The notes under the pieces are model-generated. The model was not told the origin of the DNA and did no database searches. It saw nothing but the letters and a program-made list of their open reading frames with translations. Of a stretch of 64,000 bases of DNA, positions 52,314 through 62,811 are shown one piece after another; within the stretch, counting starts at the first letter, position 1; every line of letters starts with the position of its first letter. Location of the stretch: NCBI RefSeq assembly GCF_963921235.1, contig NC_086097.1, positions 224,628,001-224,692,000 of the forward strand, read 5' to 3'. A program made the translations under genes and the position numbers. The stretch comes from Mobula hypostoma. Lineage: Eukaryota.

Positions 52314-53729
52314 TAATCCTGCATGAGGACTCCCACATTCTTTTGCAACTGATTTCTGAATTTTCTCCCCGTTTGGAAAGTAGTCTATGCCTTTATTCCT
52401 TCTACCAATGTGCCTGACCACACATTTCCCTACACTGTATTCCATCTGCTACACTTAGCAGTTACTTCTACATCATGTCTTATCAGATGGCTTTTATATT
52501 TGTATTTCTGGTGTTTCTTAATGCTTATTGTGATTTAATGCTGCATCAGATCTGGAGTAACAATCATTTTGTTGTCTTTTACACTCGTGCATTGATGAAT
52601 GACAATAAATAATCTATAAACTCGAGTCTTAAATCATGAATATTATGTTACGCTGATGAGATTTTCTCAGGTGTGCCCATGAATGGCTTGCGTTAATTCG
52701 CCAGAAGGATGGTAGAAACATAGGATAAGAATTAAAGCATTTCAATGAAATTCTATCAAAATATGATAGAGATCAAACATGCACAGTTCAGTATCAATGC
52801 CGTTATAAAATAGTATTTCACCAGCCCATTATAAAATACGACTCCCCATTGATAATCCCAGATGCACTGAGTTAACAGAAATAGTTTTGGAAATTACCAT
52901 ATGACTTATTGATCCTAAAGTGTCGATTAAAAAGGGCAGTATGTTGCTGCTTTCAGTCGCATTACAACTGTATTGCTGTACAAAGTAATACAGATCATTC
53001 CGTGACCATGTGTCCTCTGGGCTGTAGAAGCCAGTTTACTTTGGTTCAGTCTTTTGCAGTTGTATTAATTGGCTGGCAGTCAGCATCACTGAGGTGAAAT
53101 GCTATGCTACAAAAATGGAACAATGTTTATCTTTAAACCACCTAGCAAATGAAACGAAAGAACCCTATACCATCTAATAGGCAGAGTATAATTACAAGCA
53201 AGAAACGGTTTCTCGTGGTTGATGTCAAAAGGATAATTACGAAGACTTATTTCAAAGTAAATATTAAATGAGACCAGTAATAACATTATAACACTTTGTT
53301 TTTTCCTAAATTCATCTAGCATTTCCAGTTTAAAAATGCTGAATTCAGTTATTTCAGAATTCACTATTCAGCAAAGAAGAACTTAAATAATAGGCAATAA
53401 CCTCTGGTGGATCCATGTTAACTTCACATCAAGCACAAGTAAGAAGCAACAAGCACCGGGGATAAAATTCAGGTTTGTTGGAACAAGTTTTTGTTGGCAG
53501 AGAGATAGCTGCGTTGTCGCATGAACAAAGTCACCGGAGAAACATAGATTGTAGATATGGGTTAGTCTTTTATTCAACAAAATGAAACACAGCAGGCATC
53601 ATATTGAGACCCTTTTGGAGGAAGAAGTCTACTCGACCCCACACAACATGACATTTTATATGCCAATTCTATATTTACAATACATCTACAATGCTTTCTT
53701 TGAACCACACATAACTCAATCTCAAATAA

Positions 53730-54535
53730 TAACAAGGCAGCCAGCAGAGAAGAAGTCATCACCCTGACACAGTGGTGTCAAGAAAACAACCTCTCCCTCA
53801 ATGTTGCAAAAACAAAGGAGCTGGTTGTGGACTACAGGAGGAATGGAGACAGGGTCACCCCTATTGACATCAATGGACCTGGGGTTGAGAGGGTAAACAG
53901 CTTTAAGTTCCTCGGCATACACATCACTGAGGTTCTCATATGATCTGCACATACCGGCTGTGTGGTAAAAAAAAGCACAACCGCACCTCTTTCACCTCAG
54001 ATGGGTGAAGAAGTTTGGCATAGGCCCCCAGATCCTAAGAACTTTTTACAAGGGCACAATTGAGAGCATCTGGACTGCATCAGTGCCTGGCATAGGAACT
54101 GTACTCTCCTCAATCGTAGGACTCTGCAGAGAGTAGTGTGGACAGCCCAGCACATCTGTAGATGTGAACTTCCCACTATTCAAGACAATTATAAAGGCAG
54201 GTGTATAAAACGGGCCCCAGGGATCAGTTGGGACCCAAGTCACCCCAACCACAAACTGTTTCAGCTGCTACCATCTGGAAAATGGTACCGCAGCATAAAA
54301 GCCAGGATCAACAGGCTCCAGGACTGCTTCTTTCATCAGGCCACCAGACTGATTAATTCACACTGATACAATTGTATTTCTATGTTATATTGACTGTCCT
54401 TTTGTACATACTATTTATCACAAATTACTACAAATTGCACATTGCATATTTAGATAGAGATGTAACGTAAAGATGTATGTGAAGGATGTAAATAATAAAG
54501 TCAATTCAATCTAATTCAGTTCAGTTCAATTCACA
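53730..54535 (+). mobile_element. Rex1/Babar LINE 3' part
   Basis: NNLSLNVAKTKELVVDYRR...FKFLGIHI; (aattc)n tail. Confidence 0.9.
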
Positions 54536-54743
54536 TCCAACTCTTCATAACCAGACTCCAGACTATGTTTATCAACATTGTCTTGTCCTTTAATCAACTG
54601 CTGTTTTCACAGATCTAGGATCTCATTGTCCAGAGCTGCATTTTAAATTCAATCCACAGTCCATATTCAGATTTGAACACTGGTGACTGATTAGCTGATG
54701 AAGTTATTTGCTATACACTCAAAAAAATTTGCTATTTGCTATA

Positions 54744-55291
54744 CAGTTGGCCCTCTGTATCTGTAGGTTCTGCATCCGTGGATTCAACCAACCGCGGATC
54801 GGGATTGAAAAAAAACGGAAGTTCTCTCTCCAGCACTCGTTGTTTGAGCATTGTTCGCCTCGTGTCTCATTCGTTCGCTACTTGTGTTGTGAGCCAGAGG
54901 AAGGAGTTTAAGGCTAGTAAGGGATGGCTGGCTGGCTATGTAAAGTGCTACAGCCTCAAGAACTTAAAGATCACGGGAGAATCGGCATTGGCTGATGCCG
55001 AGGCAGCATCAGCGTTCCCAGAGGAGCTACGATGTTTGCGTCTGTACTGAACATGTACAGAGATATTTTTCTTGTCATTATTCCCTAAACAATACAGTAT
55101 ACAGTATAACATAGCATTTGCATTATAGTAGGTATTATAAGTAATATGGAGATGACAAAGTATATGGGAGGATGTGCATAGGTTATATGCAAATACTACA
55201 CCATTTTATATATGGGACTTGAGCATCCAGGGAAGTTGGTATCTGCGGGAGGTCCCGGAACCAAACCCCCATGGATACAGAAGGCCGACTG
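54744..55291 (+). mobile_element. Non-autonomous TcMar-Tigger (Tigger3/MER2-like) DNA transposon
   Basis: TA TSDs (54742-43, 55292-93); TIRs CAGTTGGCCCTCTGTATC / GATACAGAAGGCCGACTG; internal pogo transposase relic EFKASKGWL...TGESALADAEAASAFPEEL. Confidence 0.92.
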
Positions 55292-55484
55292 TATATCCAA
55301 AAAACACCCTAACAGCTGCATGGTTTATTTCACACCCAAATTTCTACCCTATTGACATTAATAAAAGTAATATGAATTATAGTGGCTCTTACAGTCTATT
55401 GGCAATCTTGAATATTACCTTTAAGTATGTACTTTTTTAATATTCATTCAAGGGGCATGACTTTGTGCTGAGTCCACCGCTGCA

Positions 55485-56090
55485 TACACAGTTCACATAT
55501 GAATGAACAGTCAAACACCCGAGTAATCACATTGTGAAGTTTGCCGATGACACGACAGTGGTGAGGCTCATCACCAACAATGTCAACCTCTTCATCAATG
55601 TGATGATTATCGACTTCAGGAGAACTCACGCCCCTCTTTACATCGGCAGCATAGCAGTGGAACCTGCAAACATTTTCAAGCTGCTGAGAGTGCATATCTT
55701 GCACAAACTCTCATGGTCCTTGAACACATCTTATACAATCAAGAAAACTCGTCAACACCTCTGCTTTCTGAGGAGACTGAAGAGAAATGGACTATGCACA
55801 TCAGTACGGCATTCTAAAGATGCGTAGTAGAGAGCATCCCAACCTACTGCGTCACTGCATGATATGGAAACTGCTCTGCGGCAGACAGGAAGACTCCACC
55901 ATGGGCAGTCAGAACTGCTGAATGGTGTACCTACCATGAAGGATATATACAGAAAGGTGATGGGAAAAGGCCAGCAATATCATGAAGGATCTCATCCATC
56001 CTGCTCACAGACTGTTTGTCCTATTCTCTTCAGGGAGGAGGTTACACAGCATTCATGCCAGTGCCACCAGGCTTAGAAATAGTTACTTTC
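55485..56090 (+). mobile_element. Degraded Rex1/Babar fragment
   Basis: VKFADDTTVV...MIIDFRR...QHLCFLRRLK. Confidence 0.8.
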
Positions 56091-56434
56091 AAAGTTGAAA
56101 GTTAAAAATGAATTTATTATTATATCACCATATACTGCTCTGAGATTCATTTTCTTGTGGTCATTCACAATAACCACAAAGAAACACAATAGAATCAATG
56201 CAAAAACACACACAATAAAGATGGACAAACAGCACACAGTGCAATACAAAAAGGGGAAAAAGAAATAATATTAATAATAATAATAATAAATAAATCAACA
56301 ATAAATATCAAGAGCATGAGATGAAGAGTACTTGAAAGTTGTGGGAACAGTTCAGTGATGGGGCAAGTGATTTTGAGTGAAGTTATCCCCTTTGGTTCAG
56401 GAGCCTGATAGTTGAGGGGCAATAGCTGGTGAGA

Positions 56435-59400
56435 TGCTGGTTGTGGAGTGTACTGCATTGTGATATGCAAGGAGGAAGTTAGTAAGCTTCTCATTCAGCA
56501 TAGTGTAGTGTGCTCTGCAGATATTGCTTGCAGTGATCTCCTCGGACTCTGGACAAGCCTTTCCACCCAGCCGTTTGTAGCTGGGTGGCATGGTGCGGAT
56601 GTAATATGTGTTAGTCTGTTGATTTTTAGGAATGACTGAAACTGTTCCACAACAAACTGCTGTCCACTGCCACCAACTAATTGTTCTAGATCACCAGTCC
56701 TTGAGAAGGTGCTTCTCAACAGTGTGAGAGGATGTAGTGGAGGCCATTGGAAACATTTCTGGCCACTTTGTAGCTACATCCACTACTACCAAAAGATTTG
56801 TGCCGACGAATGGTTCAGCAAATCCAAGTGAATCTTCTGCTAGAGAAATGCAGGCCATTCCCAGAGATGGAGAAGTGCTGCTCTTGGTATCTCTGGATGT
56901 ATTGGTCTACTGTACAGTGCATGGCAAGTTGCTTGATTTGCTGATATATCCCAGGGCACTGTGTACATACATCTACTGATGCTTCTGGACACATCTTCAG
57001 TGGTGTTCCTGGAATCATTGGGTGTTTCGGGTCTTTCAACATCATACAACCTCCTCCAGGTGACCCAGCCGGGGTTGATCAGACCCCAGCTTGTGTCCAG
57101 ATGGCTAGCTACTTATGACTCCATGGCTTCCCTCTTTTGAGCCACAGCCATCTTGAGGCCCTCTCTGCTGTATCGGTGGTACTGTGGATGGTTCTCCTCT
57201 TCCTCTCTCCCTCGATGTCCAAAATGCTGAAGGCTCTAACTAAAGAATGGGCTACGAATCGCCTACAACCAGCCTCCACTGGGAGACACCTCGCTCTCCA
57301 TCCAGCCTGCTGACAGTTGCCGACCAGTCCTGTGTACTTGGAGAGCTTCCTTTTAAAGGCCTCTTCCAAGCTATCTTCCCATGGGACTGTCAGCTCCAGC
57401 AGCATCACTTGTTTGGTAGACTCAGACACTAGGACAATGTCTGGTCGCAGGGTGGTGGCTGCGATATACTTGGGGAACTTCAGCTGCCCTTCGAGGTCCA
57501 CCAACAGCTGCCAGTCCCTTGCAGATGTCAGAATGCCTGCAGGTGTTCTTTTGGCAGGTATGGCTGCTCTCCAGCTCTGGCAAAGGCAATGGTCTGCTTG
57601 GAGGGTTGGGACCACTTCGCCCACTCAACTCCTGCACCGACGGCTTCAGCAATGGTCTTCAGGACCTGATCATGCCTCCACCTGTATCGTCCCTCACCAC
57701 GTGCCCTTACACTGCCGCTAAGGATGTGCTCCAGGGTTCCTTGCTTGGAGCACAGTGGGCACCCAGATGACTCTGCCTTGCCCCATGTGTGCAGGTTTGA
57801 TGGGCTTGGAAGCACATCGTACACTGCCTGGATGAGAAATTGGATGTGGTGTGGTTCGGCTTTCTAAAGATCAGCCCAGGTCACTTTCCTCTCAACCGCA
57901 TTCTCCCATCTTGTCCAAGCTCCCTGTTGCTTCATTCCCACCGCCTTGCAGGCTCTCACCTCCTCCTGAACTAGACGATGCCTTTCCTTCCCTCTGGTGT
58001 CCATTTGGGGAGTTGGAAAGGATCCTAGCCCAGCTCGGCCTCATGTGACCACTCTCACCAGCCTCCTGTGATGCAGCCTTGCCTCTGCCTCCTGAACAGC
58101 TTCCTCTGCCCTCCACTTCCTGCCAGTACTTACTTGGATCCCTGCTCTAGCCACCTTCCAATCACTTGAGTCCCTATACTGTAGCACTTCTCTGGCTCTT
58201 GTTACCTTGAATTCTTCTTCCAAGGATTTGAAGGGCAGTTGCAGTTTGTTGTGGTGTCCATAGAGTGCGATGCTGCTCAGGCTCTTTGGCAGCCCTAGCC
58301 ATCTCCTGAGGTGGTTGTTAGCCCTCCTCTCTAAGGTTTTGACTGTCGAGATCGGAACTGCATAGACGAGGAGGGGCCACAGGATTCTGGGAAGAATGCC
58401 ATGCTGATACACACAGGCTTTAAACTTCCCAGGTCGGCCAGCCATCCACCTCGGTGCAGGTTGCCTGAATGGATGTTGTGTCCCTTAAAGAGCTGTCAAA
58501 AAACTTTGCCTAAGCTCTTGACTGGCTTTTCTGTGATGGTTGGGATGGCTGTGCCTGTGATGCTGAACCAGAATCTGTTCTCCACCTTCCCTTTCCTCAG
58601 CAACATTGATCTTGATTTGGCAGGTTTGAAACGCATCCGGGCCCACTCCACCAGCTTTTCGAGCCCTTGCAGAATCCTCCGGCAGCCTGGGACTGATTCT
58701 GTGGTGACTGTGAGGTCATCCATGAATGCACTGATAGGTGGGTGCCGTTGAGCGGAATTCATTCTGGGCCCTCTGCCCTCTGGTTCAGCAGACTTAGTGA
58801 GCATGTTAAACAAACCTCCACTTAAGATAATTAAGATAACTTCTGTTAAGGGCAAGTTCATCCCTATGCTAGTAAAATGGGGGAGCTGGAAATTTTGCCG
58901 CACATTCCAGGCATTTTAGTTGGCTATGTAGACCAGAGAAAGTATGGGGATTTGTCTGGTTTTCCATCTCTGTGTTAACATGGAGTCTTTCCATTTGCAT
59001 TAGTGTAAATACGTCGAGAGGAGTGTTCTCTTTTGTAAATGTTTCAGGTGTTTCCTTTTCCAAGGGTAAACCTAGACAATCGATCAGCATTTCCATGATT
59101 AGTTGTCTTCTTGAATTCAGTCTTGTAGTTGTGTCCTCTAAGAAACAGAGCCCATCTCTGCATTTATGCTGCTGCTGTTAGTGGAACACCCTTCTGTGGA
59201 TTGAAAATGGACTCTAGTGATTGATGATCAGTTGTGAGGGTAAATTCTCTCCCATGCAAGTACTGATTAAAATGTTTTACACCCCAAACCAGACTCAAGG
59301 CCTTATTGTCAATCTGTGCGTAATTTTTTTTACAGCAGCAAGGGAATGTGATGCGAAGACAAATGATATAACTGGAACCATACGATAAGGCGACGCAGGA

Positions 59401-60395
59401 CAACGTGGATCAGGATACACAAGTACAGTGGCTGACATCACCAGTTCCTTTGTGTTTTGGAAAGCCTCCTCACACTGCTTTGTCTATTGCCATTTCTTCC
59501 AGATTTGTGGTAATGAGTTCAAAGGGTTCAGCATGTTTGGCACAAACCTTTTATAGTAATTAACAAATCCTAAAAAGGACCACAACTTTGTCATGTCCTT
59601 TGGCCTTGGGGCATCCACCAGTGCTTGTAATTTCTCAGCACCCTTGTGTGTCAGTGGTGTGACCATAGTAATTGACGCTTGTTTTGAAGAATTCTCACTT
59701 GCTGTATTGTGCTCTTGGCCTATATTCTACTTTTTAGCACTATCTTGATATTTTGGAGATATTCTTTGTCATCCTTACCAGTAACAATGATGTCATCCAG
59801 GTAACAATGAGGCCTATGCAATCTTGCAGCATCTGGTCCATAGCTTCCTACAAGAGTGCAGGTGCACAAGCTACTCCAATAATAAGTCTATTATAGTGAC
59901 AAAGCCCTTTGTGAGTATTTAAGGTGAGAAGTCCTGTTTATAAACCTGTGGTTTTCATCTGTTTCTGGCTTTCTTTTTAATTCAACCATCTTTCTCTCCC
60001 CTTTCTGAAGAAAAAAATGTACAGTAATTCAAAATGTCTCTCTCTCCCCTTATGATGAACAAAAATGTGCTGCATTTTTTGAAAAACTAAAATGTCTTGC
60101 TGCGCTTCAACAGATATGTAGTCATCTTGCGTTCGTTTTCAAATTTACTCATCGCCACTGATATGTTTTGTAATTCCAAAACGTAAAACTAATTGCAAGA
60201 AAATCAAGGAGCTGGGGATAACTCTTGTGTATTTAGTTTTTACTTTAGTGAGGTGCGTAAATATGACGTGGTTGATGTGCTGATGTTTGCCATTCACGTA
60301 CTTTTACAAATAACCTGTAGTGAATTATATAAACACCAAAGAATGTTTAATCAACAATGTATTTACTATAGTATTACAACATCAAATACACAACA
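56435..60395 (-). mobile_element. Degraded Gypsy LTR retrotransposon, same family as 47392-49808
   Basis: 5' LTR 60159-60395, PBS GTGGCGATGAG (60148-60158), YLDD-region RT, SFLGFVNYY, NYAQIDNKAL, integrase HPATNGWVERLVQ; split by HERO. Confidence 0.88.
56962..58806 (-). mobile_element. HERO-clade non-LTR retrotransposon (RT + CCHC + restriction-like endonuclease), 5'-truncated
   Basis: AFMDDLTV, RMRFKPAKSRS, LPRILWPLLVY, CPLC...EHIL zinc knuckle, RWRHDQVL, LRPDIV...LLELTVPWE...K..KY, RASRWLWLKR; only a few frameshifts. Confidence 0.92.
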
Positions 60396-62324
60396 TGGTG
60401 GTTTCCTGTATCTTCTTCCTGATGGTAACAGTGAGAAGAGAGCATAGCCTCGATAGTGGGGATCCTTGATGATAGATCTACATTGTATTGGATTTTCCTT
60501 TCAAGGGCATTTGTATTTCCATACCAGGCCATATGCTATCCACAGCACATTTATAGACGTTTGACAGTTTTAGATGACATGTCGAATCTTCGCAAACTTT
60601 TCAGAAAGTAGAGGCACTGCTGTGCTTTCTTTGTAATGGTGTTGGATCCAGGACACATCCTCTGAAATGATAATACCGAGCAAATTAAAGTTGTGGACCT
60701 TCAGAAGAGGACTGACTCATGAACCTTGAGTTTCCTTCTCCTGTAATCAATAATTAGCTCTTCAGTTTTACTGACGTTGAGTGAGAGGTTGGTGTTGAGG
60801 CAACATTCAGCCAGATTTCCAATCTCCCTCCTATGTGCTGATTCGTCACTACCTTTAATTCGGCTCATAATCAACAACATTAGGTATGGCATTGGAGCCG
60901 TACCTAATCTCACAGTCATAAGCATAAAGCAGGTAGAGCAGGAAGCTAATTACACAGCCTTGCAGCGCACCTTGTGGAGATGTTGTTGCCAATCCAAACT
61001 GACTAGGGTCTGCAAGTGAGAGAATTGAAGATTCAATTTCTGCCTTTGAGCAGGTAGGAGGAGGAGAGTCAGATGATCAGATTTCTGAAAATGTGGTCTC
61101 GCTACAGAACGCCGACATTCTCAATGGTAGAGGAGCAGTGGTTTTAATGTGTTGGGACCCCTGTTGCTGCAGATGATATGTTTGCCCAAGCAGTAAGTAG
61201 AACATCTCCATCCACTAACACACCCCACCACACCCCCTACCACCACTACTTTATAATTTCCTGTCAGCAACCTTATGTAGAGACACTCTGCACCTAGTGT
61301 CAGTTTATGGAAATATAATCAACCTTTGTATATAAGCTATTTTATGTATTTCTATTTATTGGTTTTTATTATTGTGTTCCAAATCTTACTTTTTTGTACT
61401 GCATCAGATCCAGAGTAATAATTAGGTTGTTTTCCACTTTCATACTGGAAAAAATCTTTGAATATTTGAAGGTTGAGCCAACATTTAATTTCATATCCTT
61501 AGTTGCCCTTGAGAAATAAGTTGCTCAGAGAATTAAGTTTTGAATGGCTGTATGTATGCAGATTCTTTTCTTGACATCTCTTAACAAAAGGTGAACCAAG
61601 TGTTGTCTGAAGCTATTGCACAATCACTTTGACTGTGAAGGCACCAATAATTCAGTCAACTCATTCAGCCAAGTCTGAATCCACAGTTATTGTTTGGTTT
61701 ATGGTGCTTATGCCTTTCTCAGGCAATATCCATTAGAAAATCAATTCCCTCTAATTTGGACATTTTTTGTGACAAATGAGTAGGCTCTTCCTCTCTAGGT
61801 GAAATATGTTTTGATGTTTCTGATGATTTACTGTGAGTTTTTTCCAGCTCTGCCAACATGGCCCCGGTAGAAATCTGGGAACAATGAAATGGTTGTGTTA
61901 ATAAATGGCACGGACTCAATTCAGGGAGCCACGGGTGATCTGTGAATCATCATCTGGGCAGAATTATGGGCATGCATTCATCAGATCACTGACAGTCTGT
62001 GCAGGGTAGCAGCAAAATACATCACAGTAAGGAAGGATTGAGGTGAGGCCATTTAGGACCAAAGGCATTTTGAATTCTATAAGGTGAAGGGTATAATTGA
62101 TGGCAAGTTATGAGACCTCATATTGAAAATATTATATTAGAAGACCTAACTGACTGTTGACTCTCAATATTCTGACCCTCCACTCTCTAGGACAACCAAA
62201 AAAAGTACTATCATACAAAGATAGCAGAAATTGTTTGGCTAAGCTGACGGTATATTATTGGGCAACACACATCAAAGTTGCTGGTGAACGCAGCAGGCCA
62301 GGCAGCATCTCTAGGAAGAGGTGC

Positions 62325-62360
62325 AGTCGACGTTTCAGGCCGAAACCCTTCGTCAGGACT
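62325..62360 (-). ncRNA. Minimal type I hammerhead ribozyme
   Basis: Minus strand AGUC CUGACGA AGGGUUUCGGCCU GAAA CGUC^GACU. Confidence 0.85.
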
Positions 62361-62775
62361 AACTGAAGGAAGAGTGAGTAAGAGATTTGAAAGTGGGAGG
62401 GGGAGAGAGAGATCCAAAATGATAGGAGAAGACAGGAGGGGGAGGGATGGAGCCAAGAGCTGGACAGGTGATTGGCAAAGGGGATATGAGAGGATCATGG
62501 GACAGGAGGCCTAGGGAGAAGGAAAGGGGTGGGGGGGGGGGGAGAAACCCAGAGGATGGGCAAGGGGTATAGTCAGAGGGACAGAGGGAGAAAAAGGAGA
62601 GTGAGAGAAAGAATGTGTGTATAAAAATAAGTAACAGACGATCCTCTCATATCCCTTTTGCCAATGACCTGTCCAGCTCTTGGCTCCATCCCTCCCCCTC
62701 CTGTCTTCTCCTATCATTTTGGATCTCCCCCTCCCCCTCCAACTTTCAAATCTCTTACTCACTCTTCCTTCAGTT

Positions 62776-62811
62776 AGTCCTGACGAAGGGTCTCGGCCTG
62801 AAACGTCGACT
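62776..62811 (+). ncRNA. Minimal type I hammerhead ribozyme
   Basis: AGTC CTGACGA AGGGTCTCGGCCT GAAA CGTC^GACT. Confidence 0.85.

Larger units (their letters stand above)
56090..61030 (-). mobile_element. Rex1 LINE (56090-56430 and 60396-61030) hosting the Gypsy/HERO nest
   Basis: Rex1 tail sequence stops at ~56430 and resumes at ~60400 (cctgtatcttcttcctgatgg); NLSLNVSKTEELIIDYRR. Confidence 0.75.

Noticed and set aside
56427..56431. tggtg as TSD partner of 60396-60400 for the minus-strand Gypsy
   Set aside because: The 3' LTR is missing on this side, so the 5-bp match cannot be distinguished from chance or deletion microhomology.
57020..57085. Hammerhead-like words (UGAUG...GAAAC) in the HERO 3' UTR
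   Set aside because: No CUGANGA adjacent to stem II and the strand order does not fit any hammerhead permutation; kept only as a structured UTR.
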